Source: Octopus vulgaris
Lineage: Eukaryota
Assembly (NCBI GenBank): GCA_951406725.2
Contig: OX597817.1
Coordinates: 146,010,001-146,074,000, forward strand
DNA length: 64,000 bases
Direction: 5' to 3'
Below, piece after piece: positions 1 through 13,085 of this stretch. The notes under the pieces were generated by a model. That model was not told where the DNA came from. It did not search any database and was given only the letters and a program-made list of their open reading frames with translations. Each line of letters starts with the position of its first letter. The first letter of the stretch is position 1. Both the position numbers and the translations under genes were made by a program.

Positions 1-129
1 TTTGGTGAGAAATAAATACGTATTTATTTTACAAGACGTACAAGAAAACATTTCGAAAAAACCGAATGATAAAGAGGAGTTATGACCAATAATGAGATGA
101 ATATGAATGGGGCCAATAATAGTAAATAA

Positions 130-937
130 TCTTCGAACGACACGAACCTTTTTACAGACCAGTTGGTAGTTGTTTGTTTAGATAACATTGCAGTGAATGT
201 GCAACAACCATCAAATAATGTTATCGGTCGTTCGTTCCCTTAGCGGTGTATGACCAACCATCCAACCCGAGATAAACACCGATGCGTTAGGAGCCGAACC
301 GGCAAAAGAAAACATTCAGTAGATCATTTCACGAGAAATAAATACAAAACTGTGAATAAATTCATGCTTACTTATGATCAATGACTGTTAATATATATAT
401 AAATATAAATGCGCGTGTATTTATATATATATTTAAATCCCTTGGACCGGGTAATAAAATAGGAGATAGAAGATAAGGCAAGAGCGGAAATGAGAAATAA
501 GCAATATTCCGGTGTCGCTTAAAACCGTAATAAAAAACAAGCTTACTTCTCTGTAAAGTTTGAATAATTTATAAATAAATTTAATTAAATGATCGAATAT
601 ATATTTTATATGCATACACACACACATATGTGTGTATACTTACATGCATATATAAAATAATGCTCTAGAAAATTCCCCTAATATTGATAATTAAATTATA
701 TGCAAGTGTTTCAACTAATTTCTGCGAATTTGCATTTGTAAATAAAAATATTAAAATTTTTTCCGTAACTTTTCTTTTAATAATAGCTGGATTTATTATT
801 AATTATTTTTTTACAAGTTTACACATTTATAGAAATTTTTTTATATATAACATAACGCGTGTTTTAAGCAGTCTTGTCAGTCGGGCCGATACAGCGGCTT
901 TTATCTCGTTGTTGTAAGCGGTCGGATTACTGAGAGA
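130..937 (+). promoter_or_regulatory. Probable promoter/5'UTR region, CpG-retaining
   Basis: Directly upstream of the ATG, free of recognisable repeats and visibly richer in CpG than the intron body. ETS-like CGGAA (~484) and ACGCGT (~855) motifs are present. TSS cannot be placed. Confidence 0.4.
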
Positions 938-1119
938 ATGATGGCGGACTTGCAGTTAGCTCCACTGCGACCTATTGGCGATTTTCTAATGGAATCGGCA
1001 CGATTCCAAATGCCAAACATGGTGGAGGCCGACAAATGGACAAAACGAGTGCTACAGAACCTACTATATTACCAAACAAATTATTTCTTAACGGCTTTAT
1101 TCGTCTTTTTGATCATCGG
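938..1119 (+). CDS. PRAF3: PRA1 family protein (PRAF3/ARL6IP5/JWA-like; possibly co-orthologue of PRAF2 and PRAF3), coding exon 1
   Basis: Translation MMADLQLAPLRPIGDFLMESARF...KWTKRVLQNLLYYQTNY...IIG carries the PRA1-family hallmarks APLR..DF and NLLYYQTNY. It ends at a canonical donor GG|GTAAGA (intron starts 1120, phase 2). Confidence 0.95.
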
Positions 1120-4100
1120 GTAAGAGTTGCGACAAAATGTTTATTGATGGACTTCGCTCGTGTATGTGTGTGAGTGCGTGTGTATATATGTGTATATATA
1201 CGATGTGTCTTTTATGAAGATGGTTATTCGCAATGTTTTTGCCTCTGGAAACTTCATTAATTAAATTAACCTTCAACATATAATCGCTTATAATTAACAT
1301 ATATACTATATTCAATTCATATTATATTTTAAATTATTTTTTTCTGTATCTTTACTTTGGTAATTTAGTTGCAATTATAGAGAACATGTTATAATTTACT
1401 TTGAGTGTGTTTGCGAACTTTTGAAGTTTCCTATAATTCTTTGGATCCAGTTCTTTCAAATATACGTTATCAATAATGTTTTTCTTATGTTAGCAAGATA
1501 TGTTCAAAGCTGATAACGTTTGTCCCACTACATAACATTACTTGTTGATTTTATATTTCGGCGTCAGATCGTACTGGGATTGTGTGTGTGTGTGTGTGAA
1601 GATAGAAAAAAAAAATGAAAAGAATTAGTAAACCATGCGCACATGATTTCGTGCATTTTCTGTCAATACAAGGATGAACTGTAAAAGTCCTGTGACTTCA
1701 ATAGGATGAACACCTACAAAATGGCTAGTGTTATAATAAAAAGAAAAAGCAGAAACTTTAGAAAATTGGTACTTTACTAAGACAATTGATATCGAAGATG
1801 CTTGTGTCGCTACATAGTCAACATATGTTGAGGAATATTATAGTCTAATAGCATTAATTACAAAATATATTGTCTTTGATCATATATATTTGCTTGATGT
1901 ATTGTTTATTGCTTGTAAACTTAGTTTCCACTAGCAACTATTATTGAAACAATCTCCAGACTCCCGATAGCTAATGCGGGAGTGGTTGTGAGATGAAACA
2001 CGGTTGCATGTCTGTCTATAGGTCGATATTTTCCTCTCTTCTACATATTTATCTTCCAGTTTTCTATTTCTGTGTCGACTGGCCGTAGCACGTAACTGAA
2101 AGTATTTCTAACTAACTACAATACATCGACTGCTGTGTTCTCTGTCTAATATTCTTGCTTGTTAATTACTTACAGATATAATTACTTCTCAGATTTTATG
2201 CTTCATATTTCATTTCATGCAATCTAAACGTCTTAAATCTGGGGTGGTGGTTTGGGAAAATACAATATGCTTAAACTGCATTTTTACGTCTGAATCTATA
2301 AAAAATTATCACACACGTAAATGGAAATGAAAGAATCAGAAGTTGTAAAATTTTTTCTTGTTTCTTCTTCGTTCTCTATAGATGAAGAAAAGTAGAAAAA
2401 AAGAGCTGAAACTAGTATAACATGTTCTACTAATCTCTTTTGAACGAACCGTATTTTCCACCTTTTACTTATACACATCAAAAACTTATGTTTACTCATC
2501 ATTCCTTAATATTTAGCAAATTGGTTTCCCCACATTATACTCGAAAGATTTTTTTTCTATTTTAATGACCCCCTATATTGTTGTTTTTCTCTTAGTTTTA
2601 AACGGGATTTTTAGTCTTGGAATAAATTTGGTCACGAAGTATTTGAGAGTGAATGATGTGTAAAAGATGAGAATATTATTAAATATAATTCATATTCTGT
2701 TGCTTTATGGCCAAAATGTTCTGTTTTTACACCTAAAACGAGACACCAAAATTTGGACATTTGAAGGGTAGGTGGAGGGTTTACGATCTTAAACTGAACG
2801 GTTTCCATGTGTTGCTGAAAAATTACCGAGATAAAACTATAATTATTAATCTGTCGTTTCCAAGTGTGGTTCCGTTCCATCTCCGTAGTCAGTTCTTTAA
2901 TGTCCATTTTCTCGTAGTTAAAAGAGAAAGCAACCACCACGAAGTACATTTTTCTCTTATCACCGATCAGTGTAGCAAAAACAGAAAAAAAAATCTGCTA
3001 CAAAACCAATTTTTGATTTTCATTGTGGCTGTTTTGTATTTTTGGAATATAGTTTTGGGATTCTTTTTTTTTTTTTTTTTTTTGTAGTTGCTTTTCATTC
3101 TCAATTTACCGACTTCCTTCATAGATTTATTTAACAGTTTACAAATATCATATATTGATTTTAAAAAAAATATTGTATGAAAACTGAACACGTTGCTCCA
3201 TGCTTACGTCATTGCAGGCTGGATCTACTTATAAATGACACTCGCTATTCTTATTTCATAATTGTTATTGGCAATACCCTATATTTGCTACATCAATAAA
3301 GAACAAGACATTGATTGTGTTTTATTGATCAAATAATTCTTTCTTGTGTGGAAAACGTGTGGCCAAGTAGTTTGGGTGTTCAATTCTGGACCAGGTAGGG
3401 CATGTTATGTCTTTGAGTAAAGGGTACCTGCTTAGTGTTAGTGTAGCCCTTCTCTCCCCTCAGCTGTCGTATTATCAATAGTCCACTGGGTCAAGGCAAT
3501 CCGAGAGCAGAGTGAGAGTGTCTGCATCTGCTTGTTTATATAAAGGCACCTAAAATGGTGAGCAGAAAGCGTAGTACATGCTACCTGGTCGTTTTCACTT
3601 GCAAGTGACAGCTATGTTTCGTTTTTGTCTGTTTCTTTGATTCATTCCTAAATTAAGGTTAAGAAAATAAATCGTTTCCTGTCTTGTGAGAATTATTTAA
3701 ATCTATAACTCCAGAACACATACGGCAAAGCTTCAGTTCAAAATAAGCAACTGTGTTATTTGATTCAATGTCTGTGTGAGAAATACAGGAAATATCGACT
3801 TGACCTTTAGGAAACTGTATCAGAGATTAGAAATAAGTTTGTCTTATTCCTTGGTAAAATCTGTTAAAAACAATTAAAAAATAAAATAGAATTGTGGCAT
3901 ATTTCTTGGCTTCTTTCAGTCTGACAAACTACGGAGAATACATGTGGAGTGGGGTAAATGATGAAGAGTCATCATCATCCCAATTTTAATGCATGGGTCA
4001 GACAGTTTATTATGGCAGATTTCCTATAGGCACAGGTGTGGCTATGGGGTAAGAAGCTTGCTCCCCAACCACACTGTTCCGGGTTTGGTCCCATTGCATG

Positions 4101-4464
4101 GCACCTTGGGCATATGTCTTTTACTAAAGCCTTGGGCCAACTAAAGCTTTGTGAGTGGATTTGATAGACACAGACTGAAAGAAGCACATTGTATGTTTTT
4201 GTCCCCTGCCACTGCTTGACAACTGGTGTTTGTGTTTACATCCCCATGACAATAGAATAAGTACCAGGCTTTAAAAAATGCATACTGGGGTTGATTCATT
4301 TGACTAAAATTTCTTCAAGGTGGTGCCCCAGCATGGCCACAGTCTAATGACTGAAACAAGTAAAAGATAAGAGATAGTTGGAGGCCCTTTCTGTCACCAG
4401 CCCTAACCTGTTTCCAAACAAGGTAATATTTCACCATAGCCAGACAAGGTTTTGCAAGTACATC

Positions 4465-4760
4465 AACATCAAAAAATCAAATGGAAATTGTAGTTGTGAT
4501 ACCTGTGCCAGTGGCACATAAAAATCACCATCCGTACGTGACCGATGCCAGTGCCGCCTTGACTGGCTTCCATGCCGGTGGCACGTAAAAAGCACCCACT
4601 ACACTCACGGAGTGGTTAGCGTTAGGAAGGGCATCCAACTGTAGAAACACTGCCAGATCAGACTGGAACCTGGTGCAGCCTCCTGGCTTCCCAGACCCCA
4701 GTCGATCCGTCCAACCCATGCTAGTATGGAAAACGGACGTTAAACGATGATGATGATGAT
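4465..4760 (+). mobile_element. Family C retroelement (RTE-type 3' tail)
   Basis: GTGCCGGTGGCACGTAAAAAGCACC units, GGAAGGGCATCCA.CTGTAGAA, CCCATGCTAG, ends in GGACGTTAAAC(GAT)n. Confidence 0.8.
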
Positions 4761-5182
4761 GGATATGAATGGTACACAATATCTTTTGAAATCACTGTGA
4801 AAACCAGCCATTCACTCGCAGACTTGGTTCTGATAGAACTAATAGTTTTAAGTGTGTGTTGTTTATGTTGTTGAGCTCTGGGTCGGTCTTAATCAAGGTG
4901 ACCCATAATCAAAAGTATTCCAATTGACCATTCCATCTTCCTAGCACAAGACTTCATTAACCAATGTGTTTTTTATTATCTAAGACACAAGTGTATGATC
5001 TGAAGGAGCATTTGTTATTTTTGTTAGAAATAGCAACCAAATCTCCCTTAAATCACACCCTACCTTAATAAGGACATAGGATAATATCATTTAGGATAAG
5101 CAGTGCTTGAATATAAGTTGTGATGGTCATGACAAGTGCATTCAATCATAGTCCTACTCAGTTAGAGTTGCATTATATTTAA

Positions 5183-5404
5183 CCCTTTCGTTACCGTATT
5201 TCTGTTGAGATGCTCTGTGTTTCTTTCAATTATTTTTAAGTATAACAAAGAATTTAGTAAAATAGCTTAGTTATCATTAAGCTAGTGTTAGGAACACAAA
5301 TTGTGACTAAGGTTTGGTGGAAGATTTTAATTCAAAACTTATGAAAACAAGACATTTGTACAACAGAGCCAGAGGCGGTTTCAGTCGGGATGGTATTGAC
5401 AGGG
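5183..5404. mobile_element. piggyBac-type MITE, family P1
   Basis: TTAA|CCCTTTCG...CAGGG|TTAA, 222 bp. Copies at 25450-26014 (SINE-interrupted), ~26035-26250 and 56034-56253 (opposite orientation). Confidence 0.85.
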
Positions 5405-5722
5405 TTAAATAACGTGGTTTTTACTTTGGCTCTACATACCAATGCTATTAGTTGTCTGTCCTCTACAGCTTTCTCGACATGCCATGTTGACATGCATCGA
5501 GTACATTCCATAAATTGGTTAATGTTATGAAGGGCATTTAACCATAGAAACCATGCAAAAAAAAAAAATAGGGCATACAAGTGAGACATGGTCCTTGACC
5601 AACTGGGAGGTCAGTTTTACTCTGAATAAGAACTGACTCTGACAATGATAATCCATACAACCCATGCCATTCAAGAAGAGTGGATGCGAAATAATAATGA
5701 TGAAGATCTTTCATATTTCTCC

Positions 5723-5760
<38 letters not shown>

Positions 5761-6616
5761 ATTACTTATTGATTCCATTGGATTTGTTGGTCATTTTGAT
5801 TTTGATTTTTGGAGAAATCAAGAACACTATTGATGCTACTATTGCAGTCTCCTAGCTCAGTGTTTTATATTGGTATAAAAGCTAAAGAAAGTATAGTGTT
5901 AAGATAATGTTAATAATTTATGGACAGTGACTTCGAAATTTGTCAGATACCAACTATGGCTAAATATAGACTGAAATTGATTTTTTTAAATACATATTTA
6001 CTTAGTTATTTGACTGTGTGTTGCTTAACAGACAAAATGATGCAACCGATCCTTTGTTAGTTTATGTAGTTGCTTTTTTCTTCTGTCAGAGATTTTGTGT
6101 CCAGAAGTTTTAAAATAACATTTGTAATTCATATCTAGCCATGCCTTAGTATGCTGTGTGGTAAGAAGTTTGCTTCCCAGCCACTTGGTTTTGGGTTCAG
6201 TCCCACTGCATGGCACCTTTGACAACTGTCTGCTTGGTTGACCAAAGCTTTATGAAAAGATGGGAACTGGAAGAAGTGTGTGTGTGTTTCTGTTTCTGTT
6301 CTCCTTGCCTTCACTTTTCATAGTAGTTGTGAATGAGTGTCACCATCTTGCAAATGATGTCTATTATCTTACTTGGAAATAGGTGAAGGTTGGTAACAGG
6401 AGGAGCATCCAATCAGGAAATTTGCCTCAACAAATTCCATCCAACCATGCAGGCTTAGGAAAGTGAATATTAAAACCATGAGGATGATAACTTCTAACCT
6501 TATGTTATCCTTGTTTTGACAAATGTCACCACAAGCTCCCATAGTACACAAGTTTCACTTTGAATTATTTCTTATTGTCAGCCAGTAAATTCATCTCTCA
6601 TTTATTATATATAAGA

Positions 6617-6995
6617 TGCTGGCAGAAACGTTAGCATGCCGGGCGAAATGCTTAGCAGTATTTCGTCTGCCGCTATGTTCTAAGTTCAAATTCTGCCAAG
6701 GTCAACTTTGCCTTTCATCCTTTCGGGGTCGATTAAATAAGTACCAGTTACGCACTGGGGTCGATATAATCGACTTAATCCGTTTGTTTTTGTTTATCCT
6801 CTCTGTGTTTAGCCCCTTGTGGGTAGTAAAGAAATGGGTATTTTGTCTGACTTTACATTCTGAGTTCAAATTCCGCCGAGGTCGACTTTGCCTTTCATCC
6901 TTTTGGGGTCGATAAATTAAGTACCAGTTGCATACTTGAGTCGATCTAATCAACTGCCCCCCCTCCCCAATTTTCGAGCCTTGTGCCTACAGTAG
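6617..6995 (+). mobile_element. Family A SINE, duplicated body
   Basis: Two consecutive B-box plus core blocks. Confidence 0.8.
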
Positions 6996-8309
6996 GAAAG
7001 ATTATATATAAGATGCTAGTCTTTCACTGGTGTTGTACTACATCTACTGTGTATTTTCTAGCATCCTGTTAAACCGAAACTAAGTGTTCTGAAGTTGTTA
7101 CTATTTTAAATATGTGATACTACATAATAATCCTTACTACTATGAGCACAGGGCCTGAAATTTGGGAGAAGGGGATAGTCGATTACATCAACTCCAGTAC
7201 TCAACTGGTATTTAATTCATCAGCCCTGAAAGGATGAAAAGAAGGTCGATCTCGGCGGAATTTGAACTCAGAATGTAACAACAGACAAAATACTCCTGAA
7301 CATTTTCCCGGTGCACCAATGATTCTGCCAGCTCACCACCTTATATAATAATAATGAGGCATTGATAACTGGAGGTTGGAGAAAATGAGTTCATTAAGAT
7401 CCATTAGAAGTGCAATGTTAACCTGCATAAAAGCAGATCTTATAGTGATTTATAATGGAAGATATTGTATTTTCCCAAACCACCACTCCAGGTATAAGAC
7501 ATTTAGATTGCCTAAAGTTAAATATGAAGCATAAAGTCTGAGAAGTAATAATTATATCTGTATAATGAAAGATGGCTATGTGGTTGAGAATCTTGCTTCC
7601 CAACTATCATCATCATCTTTTAACGTCCGCTTTCCATGCTAACATGGGTTGGATGATTTGACTGAGGGTTGGCGAACCAGATGGCTGCCCCAGGCTCCAA
7701 TCTTGATCTGGCAGTTTCTACAGCTAGATGCCCTTCCTAACGCCAACCACTCCGAGAGTGTAGTGGGTGCTTTTACGTGCCAGTCAGGCGGTACTGGCAA
7801 CGACCTTGCTCGAAATTCAGTCCCATTCCGTGGCACCATGGAATGGGACCAACCAAAACCTTGGGAGTGAATTTGGTTGACGGAAACTAAATGAAGCCTG
7901 TCATGTGTGCATATATGGTTGTAAAGGAGTATGATCGTCATAGAAACAACGAAGTTTGTTTTCAGTCTTCCATGAAAAAACGTCTGGCCATGGGGAAATA
8001 TGACCTGCCTTGGAAACAAGTGAGGCTTGGCTACAGGAAGGGCATTCAGCCATAGAAAATTCCTTCTGACCCATGCAAACATGGGAAAGTGGATGTTAAA
8101 ACAAATCTGTGTGGGAGAGATAAGTGTTGATATGAGCATGTGATGTAAATGCAGGATGAGTGTGAGGTAAAGTGCTGTTTATTGGTTGTAAAACGGAAGC
8201 AAGTCAGGTTTTGGGATATTTGGTGTCACAGATAAGACAAAGAAACTTACCATGTGACATTCTATCCAACTCCTGTGAGTATATAGAACATGAATATTCA
8301 ACCAATAAC

Positions 8310-8356
8310 AGCCCAGGACAATCAACTGTTGAATAAACAGTTGATTGTCCTGGGCT
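8310..8356. repeat. Perfect 21-bp hairpin, 5-nt loop
   Basis: agcccaggacaatcaactgtt-gaata-aacagttgattgtcctgggct. Confidence 0.9.
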
Positions 8357-8909
8357 CTTTCACTCCTGACTCTTCAATTTCTATTGTACTTCATGCTTAT
8401 AAACTACTATTTATAGAAATGAAATAAAAAATCTAGAGTGGGTGGTCATCGTTTTATATTTATTTATTCGCAAAGTTTATATATTGTTCAGACATTAGTT
8501 TTGTTTGTCGTTACCTTTTTTAAGCCGTGGGACTGTGATCATGCTGGGGCACCACCTTGAAGGATTCTAGTTAAATAAATCAACTTTATTTTTTTAAAAT
8601 CTGGTACTTGCTTTATTGGTCTCTTTTACCGGTTTGTTATGTTATGTGGACATAAACAAACCAGTACCAGTTATCAAGGAGTGAGAGGCCAGTGACAAAC
8701 ACAGACATGAAGCACACACACTTATATGATGGGCTTCTTTCAGTTTCCATCTAAGCAAATTCACTCACAAGACATTGGTTCCCTAGGTGCTATGTTGTGG
8801 GACTGAACCCAAAACCACATGATTGCTAAGCAAGCTTCTTAACCACACAGCCACACATCCCTCAGAATATCCTGTGCAGTCTTGTGTAGTCACTGGTATT
8901 AAGCAACAA

Positions 8910-9130
8910 AAGGTGGTGAGCTGGCAGAAACGTTAGCACACCAGGCGAAATGCGTAGCCGTATTTCAACTGCCGGTATGTTCTGAGTTCAAATTTTTCCG
9001 AGGTCGACTTTGCCTTTCATCCTTTCGGGGTCGATAAATTAAGTACCAGTTATGCACTGGGGTTGATGTAATCGACTTAATCTGTTTGTCCCCTCTGTGT
9101 TTAGCCCCCCTTGTGGGTAGTAAAGAAACA
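8910..9130 (+). mobile_element. Family A tRNA-derived SINE
   Basis: Head GG(C/T)GG(C/T)GAGCTGGCAGAA, B-box GAGTTCAAAT, core GACTTTGCCTTTCATCCTTTCGGGGTCGAT; 15-bp TSD ggtattaagcaacaa. Confidence 0.85.
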
Positions 9131-10437
9131 GGTATTAAGCAACAATTTATACTTACATTATGATTGATCTCACTATAAATGATTTCTGATTTAGGCATAA
9201 GGCTAGTAGTTTTGAAGGGAGAAGTCTTCGTGGATTACATCAACCCCAGTATTTTATGCAAAAAGTAGAAAGATTTTTGTCCAATGTGCTAATGATTCTA
9301 CAAACTGCACTGCCTTCATCTATCTATGAATGACACCTACTAGTTGTTATCATTACAAATTGTTATTGCAATACCCATCCTAATTTTGATAAACCAAGCA
9401 AGATTGAAAAATTTATGAAAGTGAATCCTAGTTGTGTTTTATTGGTCAAATCTTAAATGATATATATATTAAAAAAATCCCAGAAAAGTTAACTACTTAA
9501 CTTTTGAATGCTGTTAACAGAAAACATATGGCAAAATAGAGTTATTAAATATTTTAGAAGACAGCTGAGTTAGGACGCAATGTTAAACACATTGCTTTTA
9601 TGTTACAGTACAGAAACTAAAATTTTCACAAATACACCACTATGATTAATTATCATAAATAGAACAAGGAGAATCTCTCCCTTCCTACTTGTGGCTGATA
9701 GGCTAAAATATATTGATAAGCAGGGCAATATAGTAGAACCTCATGGCATAGTTGCAAATGCATGTAATGGGTGCAAGTGTAGCTGTATGGTTAAGAAGTT
9801 CACTCCATAACTGCATGGTTTCAGGTTCAATCCCACTGTGCAGCATTTGAACAAATGTTTTCTACCCATTGCCTTAGCTTCACCAAAGCTTTGTGAGTGA
9901 AATTTGGTAGATGAAAACTAGAAGCCCCAGTTTAATACTGTCACTTGATCCTTGGGTGCCTTTGGCAAAGTCCATTCCACTACAAGCATTCAGTCCAGGT
10001 CTCCCTTCTAAGAATAACTTCATTCCCTCCATCTTGGCAGTCCTGAAAGGGTCATAAATGCTTCCCTTCAATTTCTATATCATTTTAAGAAAAAAATAGG
10101 GTTTTTTTCAATAAGCAGCTTTATTTTTAGTGGGTAAAAAATTTTGTTTCATGGCACTATCAATCGTTTCAAATGTTATATACAGTATACATACATATAT
10201 ACTGTGTGTATGTGTGTGTGTGTATATATATATATACACTAACACACATTGGTGCAAGCATGTCTATGTTTAAGAATGCTTTCCAATCATATTGTTTTGG
10301 GTTCAATCTTACTGCATGCATCTTGGGCAAGTGTCCTCTACTATACACTCAGGCCAACAAAAACTTTGTGAATAGATTTGGCAGAGAGAAACTGGCAAAA
10401 AAAACCTGTTTAACCTGTTTTATATACATATATATAT

Positions 10438-10780
10438 ATCATCATCGTCATCATTTAACGTCCGCTTTCCATGCTAGCATGGGTTGGATGATTTGACTGA
10501 GGTTGGCGAACCAGATGCGTGCACCAGTCTCCAATCTGATCTGGCAGAGTTTCTACAGCTGGATGCCCTTCCTAACGCCAACCACTCCGAGAGTGTAGTG
10601 GGTGCTTTTCGTGTCACCGGCATGAGGGCCAGTCAGGTGGTACTGGCAACAGCCATGCTCAAATGGTGCTTTTTATGTGCCACCTGCACAGTAGCCAGTC
10701 CAGCGGCACTGGCAATGACTTTACTTGAATGTTTTTTCACGTGCCACCAGCACTAGTGCTAGTAGGCAACGCAGGTAACG
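10438..10780 (-). mobile_element. Family C retroelement (RTE-type 3' tail)
   Basis: Reverse-complement copy starting (CAT)n TTTAACGTCCGCTTTCCATGCTAGCATGGG. Other minus copies at ~7607-7810, ~15892-16208 and ~37268-37690. Confidence 0.8.
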
Positions 10781-10950
10781 ATTATATATATATATAGTTA
10801 ATTCAAGGAGGTTATATCCTCACTAGGGATTAAATAATCCAAGGTATACCACTGGTTGATCCCTATCATATAATGCAAAAGTCATTTGTATATGTTAGGG
10901 ATTATTAATGTTGTATATTATCAATATTGAGGAGGAAAAAGAAGAAACTA

Positions 10951-11469
10951 GAGAAATAATGGATGTATGAATAATTTATTTGCAAGTTATAAAATGATGA
11001 AAATTTTTTTTTGAAAGACATAACAGTACAAATAAATTGATTACAAGTTGTAAAACTCAAACAATAAAATAAAGAAACCTACATATATGTTTCGGTCCTA
11101 TCACATCACCTAGTTGATCAGAATTTCCAAGCATTTGGTTAAATGCTAAGAAAGGTATCATGTTCTGACTGTATGGTGGTAGGACTTCTTCAGAGTCTAT
11201 TCAGAGCTCATGGAACTTAGGTAACCATGAGCTCTGAATTGACCTTGAAGTCATCCTACCACCGTATAGTTAGAACATGATACCTTTCTTAGCATTTGGA
11301 AATTCTGATCAACTAGGTGATAGGACCGAAACATATATGTAGGTTCCTTTATTTTATTGTTCAAGTTTTACAACTTGTAATCAATTTATTTGTACTGTTA
11401 TGTCTTTTAAAACAAATTTCCATCATTTTATAAGATACAAATAAATTATTCATACATCCATTATTTCTC
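10951..11469. repeat. Long fold-back element (~250-bp imperfect arms, ~11-nt loop)
   Basis: gagaaataatggatgtatgaataatttattt...gagctcatgg is mirrored by ccatgagctc...aaataaattattcatacatccattatttctc. Confidence 0.92.
11076..11197 (-). ncRNA. Type I hammerhead ribozyme motif with elongated stem II
   Basis: Minus strand: GACT-CTGAAGA-A-GTCCTA-[79 nt]-TAGGAC-C-GAAA-CATATATG-TA-GGTT; stem III is the palindrome ACATATATGT. A core-mutated copy sits on the + strand at 11241-11345. Confidence 0.6.
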
Positions 11470-13085
11470 CATTTTCTTTCCCCCCCCTCTCTCTCTCTCT
11501 CTCTCACTCTGTATGTATGTGTAATCATTTTTATGTCTACTTTTCCATGCTTGCAAGGGTTGGACAGGGATTGTGACAGATTTTCCATTGTTGGAAGCCC
11601 TTCCTATCACTAACCCTCAGCTGTTTCTCCCCATGCTAGACATGTTTCCACAGAATATTGAAAATGAATGACACTACTTGTATGACAGTGAAACTCATTT
11701 ACAACTATCATATGGCATAAAGACAAAGAAACACAGGCATTCATATATATACATACATATAATGGGCATCTTTCAGTTTCCATTTACCAAATCTGCTCAC
11801 AAGACTTAGGTTGGCCCGTGGATATAGCAGAAGACACTTGCTCAAGGTACTACGCAGTGGAACTGAACTTGAAACTGTAGAGTTGTGAAGCAAACTTCTC
11901 AGTCACATATATACATGTGCTTACATGCACGTGCCAGTGTGAGTGCTATGGGTGCTGATGCTACCATTTCCCTTGTGAACTGGACATGCGCTAGTCTTGT
12001 GCCTTCAAAAACCTGTGGAATAAAGATAAACCTCTATAATATATTCATTTAACCCATTCTAGTATAGGAAAGCATGCAAAAATGAATTCATAATTTGTTA
12101 CAGCAAAGAGCATAGAAATTTCATACAAAACTTCAACTGTGTTTTCAAAATTGAAAAAATTCAAAACAGTTCTTATTGAGAAAGCCAAACTAGTCAGTAG
12201 TTAAATATAAAAACATATTTTCTCTTGTAAATACTGATGAAATACTTAACCCTTTTGATGTCATCCCCCTTGAGACTGACCTATTTCTATAACACAAAAA
12301 CTCTCACTTTACAGTTTCCATATTTATATTGAAACCTTCTGTTATATTTATGTAAGAACTGTTTGTTATGTTCTAAACACCATGTTAAATGTGATAACGT
12401 TATTTCGCTAAGCCATTCCAAATTTTTGCTTATTGAAAAAAAATAGTAGATAAAAATCATCATCGTCTAACATGTTTTCCATGTTGACATGGGTTGGACA
12501 GTTTGACAGGAACTGGTAAGTTGGAGAGCTGTACCTGGCTCCAGTTATCTATTTTGGCATGGTTTCTACAGCTGGGTACCCTTACTAATACCAACCACTT
12601 TAACGAGTACACTGGGTACTTTTTACGTGGCACAGGATTGAATAAATCTTACCTGGGTAGGTGATACATGGTTTTCACAGCTGGAAAGAAAGAAAAGAGA
12701 TGGTGGTGATGAGGTATCAGGGCATAACTTCAATGTACTAGAAGGTGAATATAAGAAACAAAAGGCACAGAGGATCAAAAAGGGGTGGGTAGGTAAGTTG
12801 ATAAGAGTGCAGAAGGGGAGTGACAGATGGTTATATAAAATGAAAGGTTTAAGAACTAATATATTGGATAATAGTAGATTATTTAGTCATGCAGCAGCAG
12901 TTATGATATTGTGTTAACATGACTTTATGATTCTAAGATAATTTAATCGCCAAAATTGAGAGTTGGATTATATATGCATAGCCTTTTACAGTATAAAGCT
13001 TTACCTGCACATGTAAATACTGAAGAAGAAAAAGACAAGCAATGAGGGTGCCTCTAAGAGGTCATTCAACCTGCTAGAAATCTCT

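Noticed and set aside
7639-8139. 166-aa ORF and other recurring ORFs (FLQLDALPNANHS, VSVYQIHSQGFG, NWYLIYRPRKDERQS)
   Set aside because: Translations of SINE/LINE-tail copies, with frames and stops differing between copies; not protein-coding genes.
10843-10910. Possible decayed hammerhead on the minus strand (TTAATAA core, TCCCTA/TAGGGA stem, ACCAGTGGT stem III)
   Set aside because: G5 and the GAAA box are lost; too degenerate to call without a family consensus.
12788-12800. AG|GTAAGT recursive splice site candidate (also ~37715)
   Set aside because: No polypyrimidine tract upstream.
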